From NCBI GenBank assembly GCA_963792395.1, contig CAWBWE010000020.1, forward strand, positions 169,255-233,254: a DNA stretch of 64,000 nucleotides. The letters run 5' to 3'. The notes below the pieces were generated by a model. It did not search any database. It was not told where the DNA came from and saw only the letters and a program-made list of their open reading frames with translations. Below, piece by piece: positions 29,429-42,330 of the stretch. Positions within the stretch are counted from its first letter, which is position 1. Every line of letters begins with the position of its first letter. The DNA comes from an uncultured Bacteroidales bacterium. Lineage in GTDB: Bacteria > Bacteroidota > Bacteroidia > Bacteroidales > GCA-2748055. A program made the position numbers and the translations under genes.

Positions 29429-29992
29429 AAAGCCAGGAAATCTTTAACAATTTGTTCTGCTTCTGCCAGGGCCTTTTCAAGGGAATCATTGATCAGGATG
29501 TGATCGAAGTGGGAAGCATACTCCATTTCAAACAGTGCTTTTCCCAGCCTTTTTTGCAGGGAGTCTTCATCATCTGTAGCCCTGGCACGCAAGCGTTGTT
29601 CCAGAACCTCCATGGATGGAGCCTGTATAAAAATGGCACAGGCCCTCTCGCCAAACTCCTTTTTCAGGTTCAGTCCACCCACCACATCAATATCAAAGAT
29701 GGCATGATCCCCCCGCTCCCAGATCCGCTCCAACTCGCAATAAAAGGGTTCCGTAATACTGGTCCGGGTAGACCTCTTCCCATTCGATAAATGCATTCTC
29801 CCTGATCTTTTCCCGGAACTCTTCGGGAGAGATAAAATAGTATTCCCTGCCATCTATCTCACCCTCCCTGGGCTTCCGGGAGGTGGCTGATATACTGAAT
29901 GCCAGTCCCAGATTCTGTTTCATCAGGTGCTGAACTATGGTGGATTTTCCAGCTCCGGAAGGTGCACTGAAAATGAGTAGTTTCCCCTTCAT
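29425..29992 (-). pseudogene. gmk: guanylate kinase, one frameshift
   Basis: The P-loop is FSAPSGAGKSTI, followed by SATSRKPREGEIDGREYYF. The frame changes inside a CCC/TTTT run near 29745. The gene continues ELERIWERGDHAIFDIDVVGG. Confidence 0.85.
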
Positions 29993-30870
29993 TACAGTAC
30001 GTTAAGGACCTGCTCCTTGATCCGTTCCAGTTCATCTTTCATCTCCACCACCAGGCTCTGAATCTCTGTATGATTGGCTTTGGATCCCAGGGTATTGATC
30101 TCCCTGCCCATTTCCTGGGAAATAAATCCCAGTTTTTTACCGGCAGAACCAGGATCTTCCAGGGTTTCCAGAAAATACTTACAGTGGTTGGCCAGCCGGA
30201 CCTTCTCTTCTGAGATATCGAGCTTTTCTATGTAGTAAATCAGTTCCTGTTCAAAACGGTTCTCATCTACTACTCTCTTTTAGGCTGAGCTCTTCCAGGT
30301 GTTTCCCGATCCGCTCTCTGATCAGGTCTATGCGCTCTTCTTCATAGGTGCTCACCTGTGCCAGTTTCTCTGAATGGCCTCAACCCGCTGGCGCAGATCT
30401 TTATCCAGGGATTCCCCTTCCTGGTTCCTGAAACCATTCACCTGTTCCAGGGCCTGCTGCAGGGCCTCCTTTACCAAAACCCATTCTTCTTCTTCCAGCT
30501 CAGCTTTTTCGGTCCGGATGGTATCGGGCATTCTCATCACCGTGCTCAGCAGTTCCAGGGAGGCCATAAGTCCCAGCTCCCCGGAGATCCTGTAGAGTTG
30601 CTCGTAATAGTTTTTAACCACCGGTTCGTTGATGGTACCTGAGGCTGCATCCCCGGAAAGTTCATAGTGGAAGGAGCACTCCACCTTACCTCGTTCCAGC
30701 TCCGCAGCGATCAAGCTGACGGATTTCCAGTTCCTTTTCCTTATAGAGGGAAGGCAGACGGGTATTGCGTATCCAGCTGTTTGCTGTTGAGGGACTTGAT
30801 TTCGATGGTCAGTTTTTTATCAGGCAAGCAGGCATTCGGCTTTACCGTAGCCGGTCATGGATCTGATCAT
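29992..30870 (-). pseudogene. yicC: YicC-family stress-induced protein, frame-disrupted
   Basis: The N-terminus is MIRSMTGYGKAE. The C-terminus is GKKLGFISQEMGREINTLGSKANHTEIQ...IKEQVLNVL. At least 2 frame breaks. The stop overlaps the gmk start. Confidence 0.75.
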
Positions 30871-30927
30871 AGGTTATTCGGATAGGTTCGGGGCAAATTT
30901 ACAGTATTAGGACGGCTTTGGCAACGA

Positions 30928-34365
<3,438 letters not shown>

Positions 34366-34476
34366 CCTGGTAATCGTGGTAGCGTTAGTTCATATAGGAC
34401 GCACAAATATCGATCCAAGTTACCCAATAGGCCAGTGCAAATCAATGAAAAAAAGGTTAAATATTGTTATTTGAAC

Positions 34477-35890
34477 CTAACGGGTTATGGTGGCAGGCTC
34501 CAGTTTGGCCTTGATTACTGTCCTGGTTTTCCATCGGCCGGTACGGTAGTATATGACGGAAAGCAGCAGTCCTATCCCCCATCCACTGGGTATGGACCAC
34601 CAGATTCCATCGGCTCCCATCCCTAATCCTTTGATGCTGTGCCCAAACAGGAGGATGCTCTCCTGGCTCAGGAAAACGGCTGCCGGGATCCGGATAATCC
34701 AGAGGGAAAAAATGGTGAGAAACATGGGAATCAGGGTATCACCAGCCCCTCGCATCACTCCTCCATAGGTAAACATCCCGGTAAAGAGCAGGTAGAAGGC
34801 GGTGACTATGGTCAGATAATCACCGCCTATATCGATTACCCCCTGGTCATCGGGTAAACAGGCTCATTAGCGGGTACTTGAAAATTATAATCAGGATAGT
34901 AATCCCCATGGCAACGGCCGAGGACATCAGCAGGGTTCGTGCCAGTCCTTTCTTCACCCGGTCAATTTTTCCGGCCCCTATATTTTGTCCCACGAAAGTA
35001 GCCAGAGCCTGGGCAAAGACCATGGATGGAATGACCGCCAGGCTGTCCAGACGGCCGGCAGCGGTATACCCGGCAACAACATCGGTTCCAAAGCCATTGA
35101 CAATTCGCATAAGGGCCATCATTCCGAGGGCCACAAAGGCCTGTTGTACTCCCGTGGGCAAGCCAATGCGAATACTCTGCCTGAAGATATCCCAATCGAA
35201 AGCGAAATCCCTGAAATCAAACCGGATCAGTTCATGATTCCGGTTGAGGTAGAATACCGCGATTATAAAGGCGGTGCCCTGTGCAATCAGCGTGGCAAAG
35301 GCAGCACCTTCAATCCCCCAACCCAGTTTCACAATAAAAAGCAGATCCAGGCCAATATTTAGTAGGGTGGAGATCACCAGGAAATAGAGGGGAGTAATGG
35401 AATCGCCCAGTCCCCGCAGGATGGCAGCTACCCCATTGAAGCCAAAAAAGACAATCAGCCCGGAAACGTAGATGGTAAAGTAGTTGGTGGCCAAAGGCAT
35501 CAGCTCTTCGGGAAGATTTATCAGGCGGAAGATTTGCTCTGCGAATGAAATCCCAATAACAGTCATGAGTACGGCAAACACACCCATCACAATAAAAATA
35601 GTATCGATGGCCCGTTTTACCCTGGTAAAATCCCTGGCTCCGAAAAACTGGGAGATGACGATGGTCCCTCCTGTGGCAATCCCGATAATCAGGGCGATCA
35701 GGGTGAAAATAACCGGGAATGATGCACCCACGGCAGCCAGTGCTTCTTTTCCCAGGAATCGCCCCACAATGATCTGGTCCACAAAGGTGTAGAGCTGCTG
35801 GAACATATGGCCCACCAGCATTGGCATGGCAAATCGCAGGATATTCTTACCCACACTCCCTACGGTTAAATCTTTCATGCCGGAATTCAT
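34477..35890 (-). pseudogene. MATE-family efflux transporter, one frameshift
   Basis: Multi-pass ORF with MATE-like sequence (GRFLGKEALAAVGASFP...). The last two helices are in fragment 34477-34776, in another frame. Confidence 0.8.
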
Positions 35891-36090
35891 GGCCCTGATT
35901 TCGATGAGCCGCCAAAGTTCGCCATTTTATTTCTTGTTACATAATAGCCGGCTTGCAGATTCCCAATAGGGTATGCCGGCCACCGGCAGGGGATGTTCTT
36001 GGTCACAATGCTTTCATTTTACCTAAAATTTTATTAACCTGTATTCTATTTACCCCAGGCACCCATTAAACAACAAACCTTTTTAATCTC

Positions 36091-36729
36091 ATGAAAAACT
36101 TACGGATGCTTCTTGCCCTGTGTTTCCTTTATGGATTCCTGCAGGGTGGCTTTGCCCAGATTGCCGGGACCGCTCACGATTTCTCAAGCGAATCATGGGC
36201 TCCCACCTCTAACCGGGGATGTGGCGTTTGTCACACCACTCACCAATCAATCCCCGTCACCAGTGCGCCTCTGTGGCACCATGAAACCACGGTAGTAGCA
36301 GGCTACACGCTCTATGATTCGCCCACCTTCGACGGGGGCTCCACCATCACCGATCCCGGGGCAAGCTCCCGACTGTGCCTCAGCTGCCATGATGGAACGG
36401 TCGCGCTGGAAAACTTCGGAGGTGTTAGCTCGGGAACCAATTACATTGATCCCTCAGCCCGGATCGGGGGGGTGGCCGGGAATGATATGAGTACAGAACA
36501 CCCGATTTCCTTCGACTATACAGATGCGCTGGCTACCGGTGATGGCGGACTTTTCCCGCCCACCACCACCAACAGCGGTCTGGGGAGTACCATCGATAGT
36601 GATATGCTTTTCGGTGGTAAAATGGAGTGTGCCTCCTGTCACGATGTACATAACAGGTATGGTGTGATGCATCTGCTGAAAATGTCCAATGTGAACAGTG
36701 AACTCTGTCTCACCTGTCACAATAAGTAA
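36091..36729 (+). CDS. secreted tetrahaem c-type cytochrome
   Basis: Signal peptide MKNLRMLLALCFLYGFLQGGFAQ. Four CXXCH motifs (CGVCH, CLSCH, CASCH, CLTCH). It is a paralog of the N-terminal third of ORF 42331-44016. Confidence 0.85.
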   Translation: MKNLRMLLALCFLYGFLQGGFAQIAGTAHDFSSESWAPTSNRGCGVCHTTHQSIPVTSAPLWHHETTVVAGYTLYDSPTFDGGSTITDPGASSRLCLSCHDGTVALENFGGVSSGTNYIDPSARIGGVAGNDMSTEHPISFDYTDALATGDGGLFPPTTTNSGLGSTIDSDMLFGGKMECASCHDVHNRYGVMHLLKMSNVNSELCLTCHNK

Positions 36730-36768
36730 ACGATCTGGTTCCTGCTGACTTAAAACAGTTCATCACCC

Positions 36769-37852
36769 ATGAACAAAGCTATCCCTTTTGCATTTTACGG
36801 AATACTCCTGTTTGCCTGTCTGTTTAGTGCCTGTACACCCCACGTGGCCAGGGCCCCGGTTCATGAATCCCTGGTGATCTTTCCTCCGCCCCCGGATACT
36901 ACCCGGGTACAATATCTGACCCATTTCAGCACTTCCGACGATCTGGAAGGAGATCAGGGAGCGTTTCACCGTTTTCTTTTTGGGGGAGGAATCCCCTCTT
37001 ACTATGATCAAACCCTATGGGATCACTGCCCATAAAGAGAAGATATATATCTGCGATACCGGATTGGGCGGCCTGGAGGTGCTGGACCTGCAAAATGGAA
37101 GCTTTGAATACTTTATCCCGGGAGGAAAAGGTCAGCTGAAACTGCCCATCAACAGCTGTGTGGATGATCGGGGATATCTTTATGTGGCCGATGCCAACCG
37201 GGGACAGATAGTCGTGTTTGACAAGGAACTGAAATATGTTCATGCCTTCGGGGAGGCTGAAGGATTCAGACCCACCGATGTAAGTGTTTACCAGGACAGG
37301 ATCTGGGTGGCCAATGTTCAGGATCACCAGATTTACATCTTTGGTACCGGTGATTATAAGCTGATCGGGCGTTGGCCGGATCTGGGCGCCGGGGAAGAGG
37401 GCTTTATCCGGCAATCCACGAATATTGCCATCCAGAACGACAGGCTTTATGTATCGGATTTCGGAGATTTTAATGTGAAAAGCTATACCCTGGATGGGGA
37501 ATTCCTGAAAGTGATCGGAGGGTATGGGAACGGACCCGGACAATTCACCAGGCCCAAAGGCCTGGCCCTGGACAGGGAGGAGAATCTCTATGTGGTGGAT
37601 GCGGCATTTGAAAATGTGCAGCTGTTCAATCCGGCGGGGGAACTGTTGATGCATTTCGGGGGCTCCTACGAGGGAGCAGGGGCCATGTGGCTCCCGGCAG
37701 CGGTTGAAATCTCTTATGAGAACCTCTCTTTTTTCGAACCTTATGTGGACGACAGTTTTATCCTGAAATATCTGATCTACGTCACCAACCAGTATGGCCC
37801 GGCAAAAGTCAACGTTTACGGATTCGTGGAAGAGAACGAAAGACCAAAATAA
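36769..37852 (+). pseudogene. NHL-repeat beta-propeller lipoprotein, one frameshift
   Basis: The lipobox is LLFACLFSAC. NHL-type repeats are present (YVADANRGQIVVFD, IWVANVQDHQIYIF, LYVSDFGDFNVKSY, LYVVDAAFENVQLF). The frame changes between 36980 and 37035. Confidence 0.75.
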
Positions 37853-37860
37853 AGCTGTAT

Positions 37861-38433
37861 ATGAAACATCCCGGACAAATATGCATATGGGTTCTTCTGG
37901 GGATGGGGATGATCCTCTTAAGTCAATGCTCCCCCCGTACAGGGAAAAGTCTATTGCATATTTTCTTTGACGGGGTCCCGGAGACAGACAGCAGTTCTTT
38001 GGCGATCACAGACCCGGGGAACCTAGCGCCCGATTCAGGGAATATTGCAGCCTGGCAAATGGCCGGCAATGTAGCGGCAGGAGTTGTGCACTACCCCTAT
38101 GGAGAGCGGGAATGTGCCTCCTGTCATAATGAGCGCTCTCTGGGGAGCATGCTGGAGCCCCAACCGGGGCTCTGCTACCTCTGTCATGTGGATCTGTCCG
38201 GACAATACAACTACCTGCATGGGCCGGTTGCCGGAGGATATTGCACCGCCTGTCACGATCCGCACAGCTCCGAAAATGAACATTTGTTGAAGTATACCGG
38301 GGAAGCACTCTGTTTCTATTGCCATAGGGCAAAGAGTATCCTGGGCAACGAGATGCATGAAGGGATCGAAGGGATGCTCTGTTCCGATTGCCACAATCCC
38401 CACGGGGGGGAGGACAAATATATTTTTCAATAG
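37861..38433 (+). CDS. pentahaem c-type cytochrome lipoprotein (c3/c7-like)
   Basis: The lipobox is MILLSQC. Five CXXCH motifs (CASCH, CYLCH, CTACH, CFYCH, CSDCH) sit in H.P....C..CH.PH contexts typical of c7/c3 modules. Confidence 0.85.
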   Translation: MKHPGQICIWVLLGMGMILLSQCSPRTGKSLLHIFFDGVPETDSSSLAITDPGNLAPDSGNIAAWQMAGNVAAGVVHYPYGERECASCHNERSLGSMLEPQPGLCYLCHVDLSGQYNYLHGPVAGGYCTACHDPHSSENEHLLKYTGEALCFYCHRAKSILGNEMHEGIEGMLCSDCHNPHGGEDKYIFQ

Positions 38434-38451
38434 TCAGCCTATTAGGAAGTT

Positions 38452-40413
38452 TTGAATCGAATAAGAACCATATATCTTCTGGCACTGTTGCTGAGCCCCA
38501 TCCTGTCCTTCTCACAGGCACAGCGCTCTCTGGGAATCTGGTATCTGCGGAATATATCGGGGGAGCTGGATCTGAAGGGGCAGTACCGGCAGCTGGAAAG
38601 CTCTTTTAATGAGATCTCCGAGGATCAGAGAAGTACCTACCTCCTGAGCGGACTCAAAATAAATACCAGCTCTTACCTCTGGGACAAGGATATCTTATTG
38701 ATCGACCTGGGTGCGGCCTACAGTCCGGAGCTAAGGGATGAAAAGTACATCACCGTTCCCGACCGTTCGGAAGTCAGGACCCTGAAGAAAGTGGATCTTA
38801 AAACCACCCTCTTTAACAACAAACCGGTGACCCTGCAGGGATTTTATAATTTTGATCAGAACTATTACAACAGGGAGCTCCTGACCAATGTCAGATCCAA
38901 CAACCGGCAGTGGGGAGGGATTCTCTCTCTAAATAATAAGTTCCTGCCTGTAAGCCTGACCTTCAGGGACCAGAAGTGGGATCAGGAGGAGATCCAGAGC
39001 GGACGAAGCTTTCACATGGACCAGGAGAATCTGGAGGCCAGGGCGAGCAAGTCTTTTGGCTCCAGGGACCGGACAGAGTTACTCTATTCCCATAACTCTT
39101 ATCTCTACCGTTATGCTGCATTGCACCGGACCGCACATCAAATCGACCGAGTAGCACTCAATAACAGCCTCTTTTTTGATCGAGCAAGGCGATATAACCT
39201 GAATTCCCGCTTTACCTGGTACGACCAGGAAGGGACCTCCAGTTTCACCCGCGTGGAGCTTCTGGAGGGCCTTTCCATGCAACTGCCCCATCATCTGAAA
39301 CTAAGGGCAAATTTTAATTTATACGAGCTGAAGGATCCGGTACAGACCTGGAACCAGAAAAGAACCCGGGCCTCTTTGGAACATAAATTGTTCCAGAGCC
39401 TGACTACCAAGCTCTACCTGGAGTATACAAAGATCAAACTGGAAACTGACAACCTTCACCTGGAGTCTGATTTCCGGGGGGGAGTGGACCTGAAGTACAG
39501 CAAGAAAATCCCAACGGGACATCTGAACCTTGCATACAGGTATTACCGGCATGAACACTCCAGCGAAGGAGTATCTGGCATACTACAGGTTATTAATGAA
39601 GAGCAGATCATTTCTGATGGGGAGGTAAGCCTGTTGAATAAACCCTATGTTCAGGACCTATCCATTGTGGTAAAAGATGTGACCGGTTCCCTGATCTACC
39701 AGCTCAATTTTGATTTTGTCCTTATAGAGCGGGGAAGTTTTGTAGAGATCCAGCGGGTTCCGGGGGGTCTGATCCCAGATGGAGCGACTGTCTATGTCGA
39801 TTACAGCTACCAACAACCGGGCTCCTTCTCCTACGGGGCTAACAACAATTATTTCAGTGCCAGTGTCCTCCTGTTTAAGAGATTGGTGGAGCTCTACTAC
39901 AACTATTCCGTCCAGGACTACCCGAAGGTGAATCAGGGGGATCTGCTGACTTTGAACTATTTTCGCCAGCATCTGTATGGCCTGCGTCTGGATGTTGGCT
40001 TTGCCCGGGCCGGTGTGGAGGCTGACCTGTATAACAGCACTATCATTCCTTACAGGATGAGAAGATATTATTTCGATGTGAACTGGAATTTAAAATCCAC
40101 ACTACTGCTTACGCTGAACGGGAATATCCGGGATTACAGGATGATTGCCGATGAGGTGGACCAGTGGTATGCCAATGTTTCAGGGAAAGCGGTGTACCGG
40201 ATCGGACCAAGAATGCGAGTCAGCCTGGAATCGGGATACCTGAATCAACGGGGTGCCAATATCGATCTGGACCTGCTGACCTCCAGGGCCGAGTTTCAAT
40301 CCACCTTTAACAAACTCCGGCTAAGAGTTGGGCTGGAGATGTACAGGCGGCTCTATCAGAATAGTGAGTTTGCCTTCAATGGAGCTTATATACAGTTAAC
40401 CCGAAGATTTTAA
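38452..40413 (+). CDS. outer-membrane beta-barrel protein (candidate porin of a cytochrome conduit)
   Basis: TTG start and signal peptide NRIRTIYLLALLLSPILSFSQA. It has 653 aa and no cysteine. Amphipathic beta-strand pattern (YxLxLxF) is abundant. The C-terminus is YIQLTRRF, with a terminal Phe typical of BAM substrates. Confidence 0.7.
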   Translation: MNRIRTIYLLALLLSPILSFSQAQRSLGIWYLRNISGELDLKGQYRQLESSFNEISEDQRSTYLLSGLKINTSSYLWDKDILLIDLGAAYSPELRDEKYITVPDRSEVRTLKKVDLKTTLFNNKPVTLQGFYNFDQNYYNRELLTNVRSNNRQWGGILSLNNKFLPVSLTFRDQKWDQEEIQSGRSFHMDQENLEARASKSFGSRDRTELLYSHNSYLYRYAALHRTAHQIDRVALNNSLFFDRARRYNLNSRFTWYDQEGTSSFTRVELLEGLSMQLPHHLKLRANFNLYELKDPVQTWNQKRTRASLEHKLFQSLTTKLYLEYTKIKLETDNLHLESDFRGGVDLKYSKKIPTGHLNLAYRYYRHEHSSEGVSGILQVINEEQIISDGEVSLLNKPYVQDLSIVVKDVTGSLIYQLNFDFVLIERGSFVEIQRVPGGLIPDGATVYVDYSYQQPGSFSYGANNNYFSASVLLFKRLVELYYNYSVQDYPKVNQGDLLTLNYFRQHLYGLRLDVGFARAGVEADLYNSTIIPYRMRRYYFDVNWNLKSTLLLTLNGNIRDYRMIADEVDQWYANVSGKAVYRIGPRMRVSLESGYLNQRGANIDLDLLTSRAEFQSTFNKLRLRVGLEMYRRLYQNSEFAFNGAYIQLTRRF

Positions 40414-40423
40414 ACGAGCGCTT

Positions 40424-41302
40424 ATGATGCAATGGCTGTTTATAGATTTACTGATCGTTCTGGCGCTACCCATGAGCAGATCAACCCAGATTGAATCCTC
40501 GAGGGAGCAGCCGCAACTGGAGTGTAAGGAGTGTCATTCGGACCTGGTGGAGCACGGGGTGATGCACTATCCGGCCGAAGATGCCTGTGATAATTGTCAC
40601 GAATCAACCGGTGTTTCCCATCCTTCTGAAGATAGTGCGGGTTTTCGATTGATGGACCAGATCCCGGCCTTATGCTTTTACTGCCACGAAGAGAGTGAGC
40701 AGCAGAGCCATGCTCATGAACCACTTAAGAAGGGCAATTGTCTGGGCTGTCACGATGCCCACGGCTCATCGGAGCCTTCCCTCCTTTTATCCCCGGATCC
40801 CGGCCTCTGCCTCTCTTGTCACAACCGGGTATACCGGGGTGATTCAACAAAAACAGATAACATTGGTCGCCTGGTAAAGGGGAGGATGGTGGCCCATTCG
40901 GCCATTCCGGGTGGAGGCTGCATGTCTTGCCACCAGGCCCATGGCTCGGAATTCAGGGCCCTGCTGGTGAGTCCTTATCCTGAAGAAGACTATTTGCCGG
41001 CGGTCTCAGATAATTTCGAGCTCTGTTTTCTCTGTCACGACACCGATCTTCTGGAGGCGGAGGAGACCGAATGGGGAACCGGGTTCAGGAGTGGGAATCG
41101 GAACCTGCACCAGCTTCATATTAATGGGAATAAAGGGCGAAACTGCCGTATGTGTCACAACATCCATGGATCACCGTTGCCCTTTCTGGTGGAGGAAGTG
41201 GTGGGCTTTGGATCCTGGGAGATGCGAATGAATTTTGTTCCGGAAGAGCAGGGGGGAACCTGTCTTCCAGGGTGTCACGGGAAACAAGCTTACAGAAGAT
41301 AA
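40424..41302 (+). CDS. multihaem c-type cytochrome (8 CXXCH + 1 CX3CH)
   Basis: It has an N-terminal hydrophobic signal. The haem motifs are CKECH, CDNCH, CFYCH, CLGCH, CLSCH, CMSCH, CFLCH and CRMCH, plus a C-terminal CLPGCH. Confidence 0.85.
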   Translation: MMQWLFIDLLIVLALPMSRSTQIESSREQPQLECKECHSDLVEHGVMHYPAEDACDNCHESTGVSHPSEDSAGFRLMDQIPALCFYCHEESEQQSHAHEPLKKGNCLGCHDAHGSSEPSLLLSPDPGLCLSCHNRVYRGDSTKTDNIGRLVKGRMVAHSAIPGGGCMSCHQAHGSEFRALLVSPYPEEDYLPAVSDNFELCFLCHDTDLLEAEETEWGTGFRSGNRNLHQLHINGNKGRNCRMCHNIHGSPLPFLVEEVVGFGSWEMRMNFVPEEQGGTCLPGCHGKQAYRR

Positions 41303-41313
41303 GGGGAAAGCTC

Positions 41314-42330
41314 ATGATTTATGTCAAAATCCATAGGGAGCATAGAAAGGTACTCCGGAGAGTTACCCGGGCAGGGCTGGTGCTCTTTCTCTCCTTCCTG
41401 ATCCTGTATCCGGTGAGGGCCCAGTCAGCAGGAGCGTATCAGGTAAACTGGATTGGAGAGTACCCGGGTAAACAGGGAGATACAAAACCAAGCTTTGGGG
41501 AGCGAATCTCCAGGATTGTCTTTGGACAGAAAGCGGAGGAGGTGATAAAGCCCTTCAATGTAGTGGCAGCTACGATAGATAATTTCTGGATTCTGGACCA
41601 GGGAGCAGGAGGGATATTTCACATAAGCGATGGACAGGAAGCCCTGGTTCGCTCCCTGAAAAGGGGTGAGCAGGATTTTTCATCCCTGGTGGGACTGTGC
41701 CGGATGTCCGGAGGTGACCTGCTGTTCACCGATTCGAGGCTGAACAGGGTGCTTCGTATCCGCGAAGATCTCATCATGAATTTTGCGGATTCTATTGCTT
41801 TGGACCAGCCCACCGGGATCGCCTGTAACAGGTCCACCGGTGATATCTGGGTGGTGGAGACAGGGGCACATCGGATCCTGCGCCTCAACAGTCAGGGTCA
41901 AGAGATTGCCAGAATAGGGGAGCGGGGTACGGCCCCGGGACAGTTTAATTTTCCAACCTTTATCTGGATTGATCGGGAGGGGCGGCTCTACATTGTGGAC
42001 TCCATGAACTATCGCATTCAGATGCTGGATCAGGAGGGAGCCTACATGGGATCCTTCGGTGAACCGGGCGATGCCACCGGCTATATGGCCCGGCCCAAAG
42101 GGATTGCCACAGATTCAAAAGGGCATATTTATGTGGCGGATGCCTTGTTCCATGCGGTTCAGATATTTGACAGCCAGGGAAACTTCCTCTACAGCTTTGG
42201 AAGCCAGGGGCAGGGTACCGGCGAGTTCTGGATGCCGGCGGGCCTGTTTATTGACGAACAGGACCATATATATGTGGCAGACAGCTACAATGGCAGGGTC
42301 CAGATTTTTCAACTGGAAAAGAATAAATAG
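41314..42330 (+). CDS. NHL-repeat beta-propeller protein (signal-anchored or secreted)
   Basis: The ATG at 41314 gives MIYVKIHREHRKVLRRVTRAGLVLFLSFLILYPVRAQS. NHL repeats are present (IWVVETGAHRILRL, LYIVDSMNYRIQML, IYVADALFHAVQIF, IYVADSYNGRVQIF). The longer ORF-track start at 41152 overlaps the upstream cytochrome gene. Confidence 0.8.
   Translation: MIYVKIHREHRKVLRRVTRAGLVLFLSFLILYPVRAQSAGAYQVNWIGEYPGKQGDTKPSFGERISRIVFGQKAEEVIKPFNVVAATIDNFWILDQGAGGIFHISDGQEALVRSLKRGEQDFSSLVGLCRMSGGDLLFTDSRLNRVLRIREDLIMNFADSIALDQPTGIACNRSTGDIWVVETGAHRILRLNSQGQEIARIGERGTAPGQFNFPTFIWIDREGRLYIVDSMNYRIQMLDQEGAYMGSFGEPGDATGYMARPKGIATDSKGHIYVADALFHAVQIFDSQGNFLYSFGSQGQGTGEFWMPAGLFIDEQDHIYVADSYNGRVQIFQLEKNK

Noticed and set aside
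35891-36090. Promoter or operator motifs upstream of the cytochrome operon (GCCGGC-containing inverted repeat, TA-rich stretches).
   Set aside because: There is no exact TAnnTTTG match. The GCCGGC repeats are self-complementary hexamers of weak significance. There was not enough evidence to annotate them.
41152-41313. The longer ORF-track start for the second NHL protein, overlapping the 9-haem cytochrome gene. Similar 5' extensions occur at 50631 (ccsBA), 5557-5805 (transporter), 3303-3356 (coaD) and 60896-60979 (YwqK-like).
   Set aside because: The extensions overlap upstream genes or lack signal-peptide logic. Internal Met codons give proper signal peptides or family-typical N-termini.
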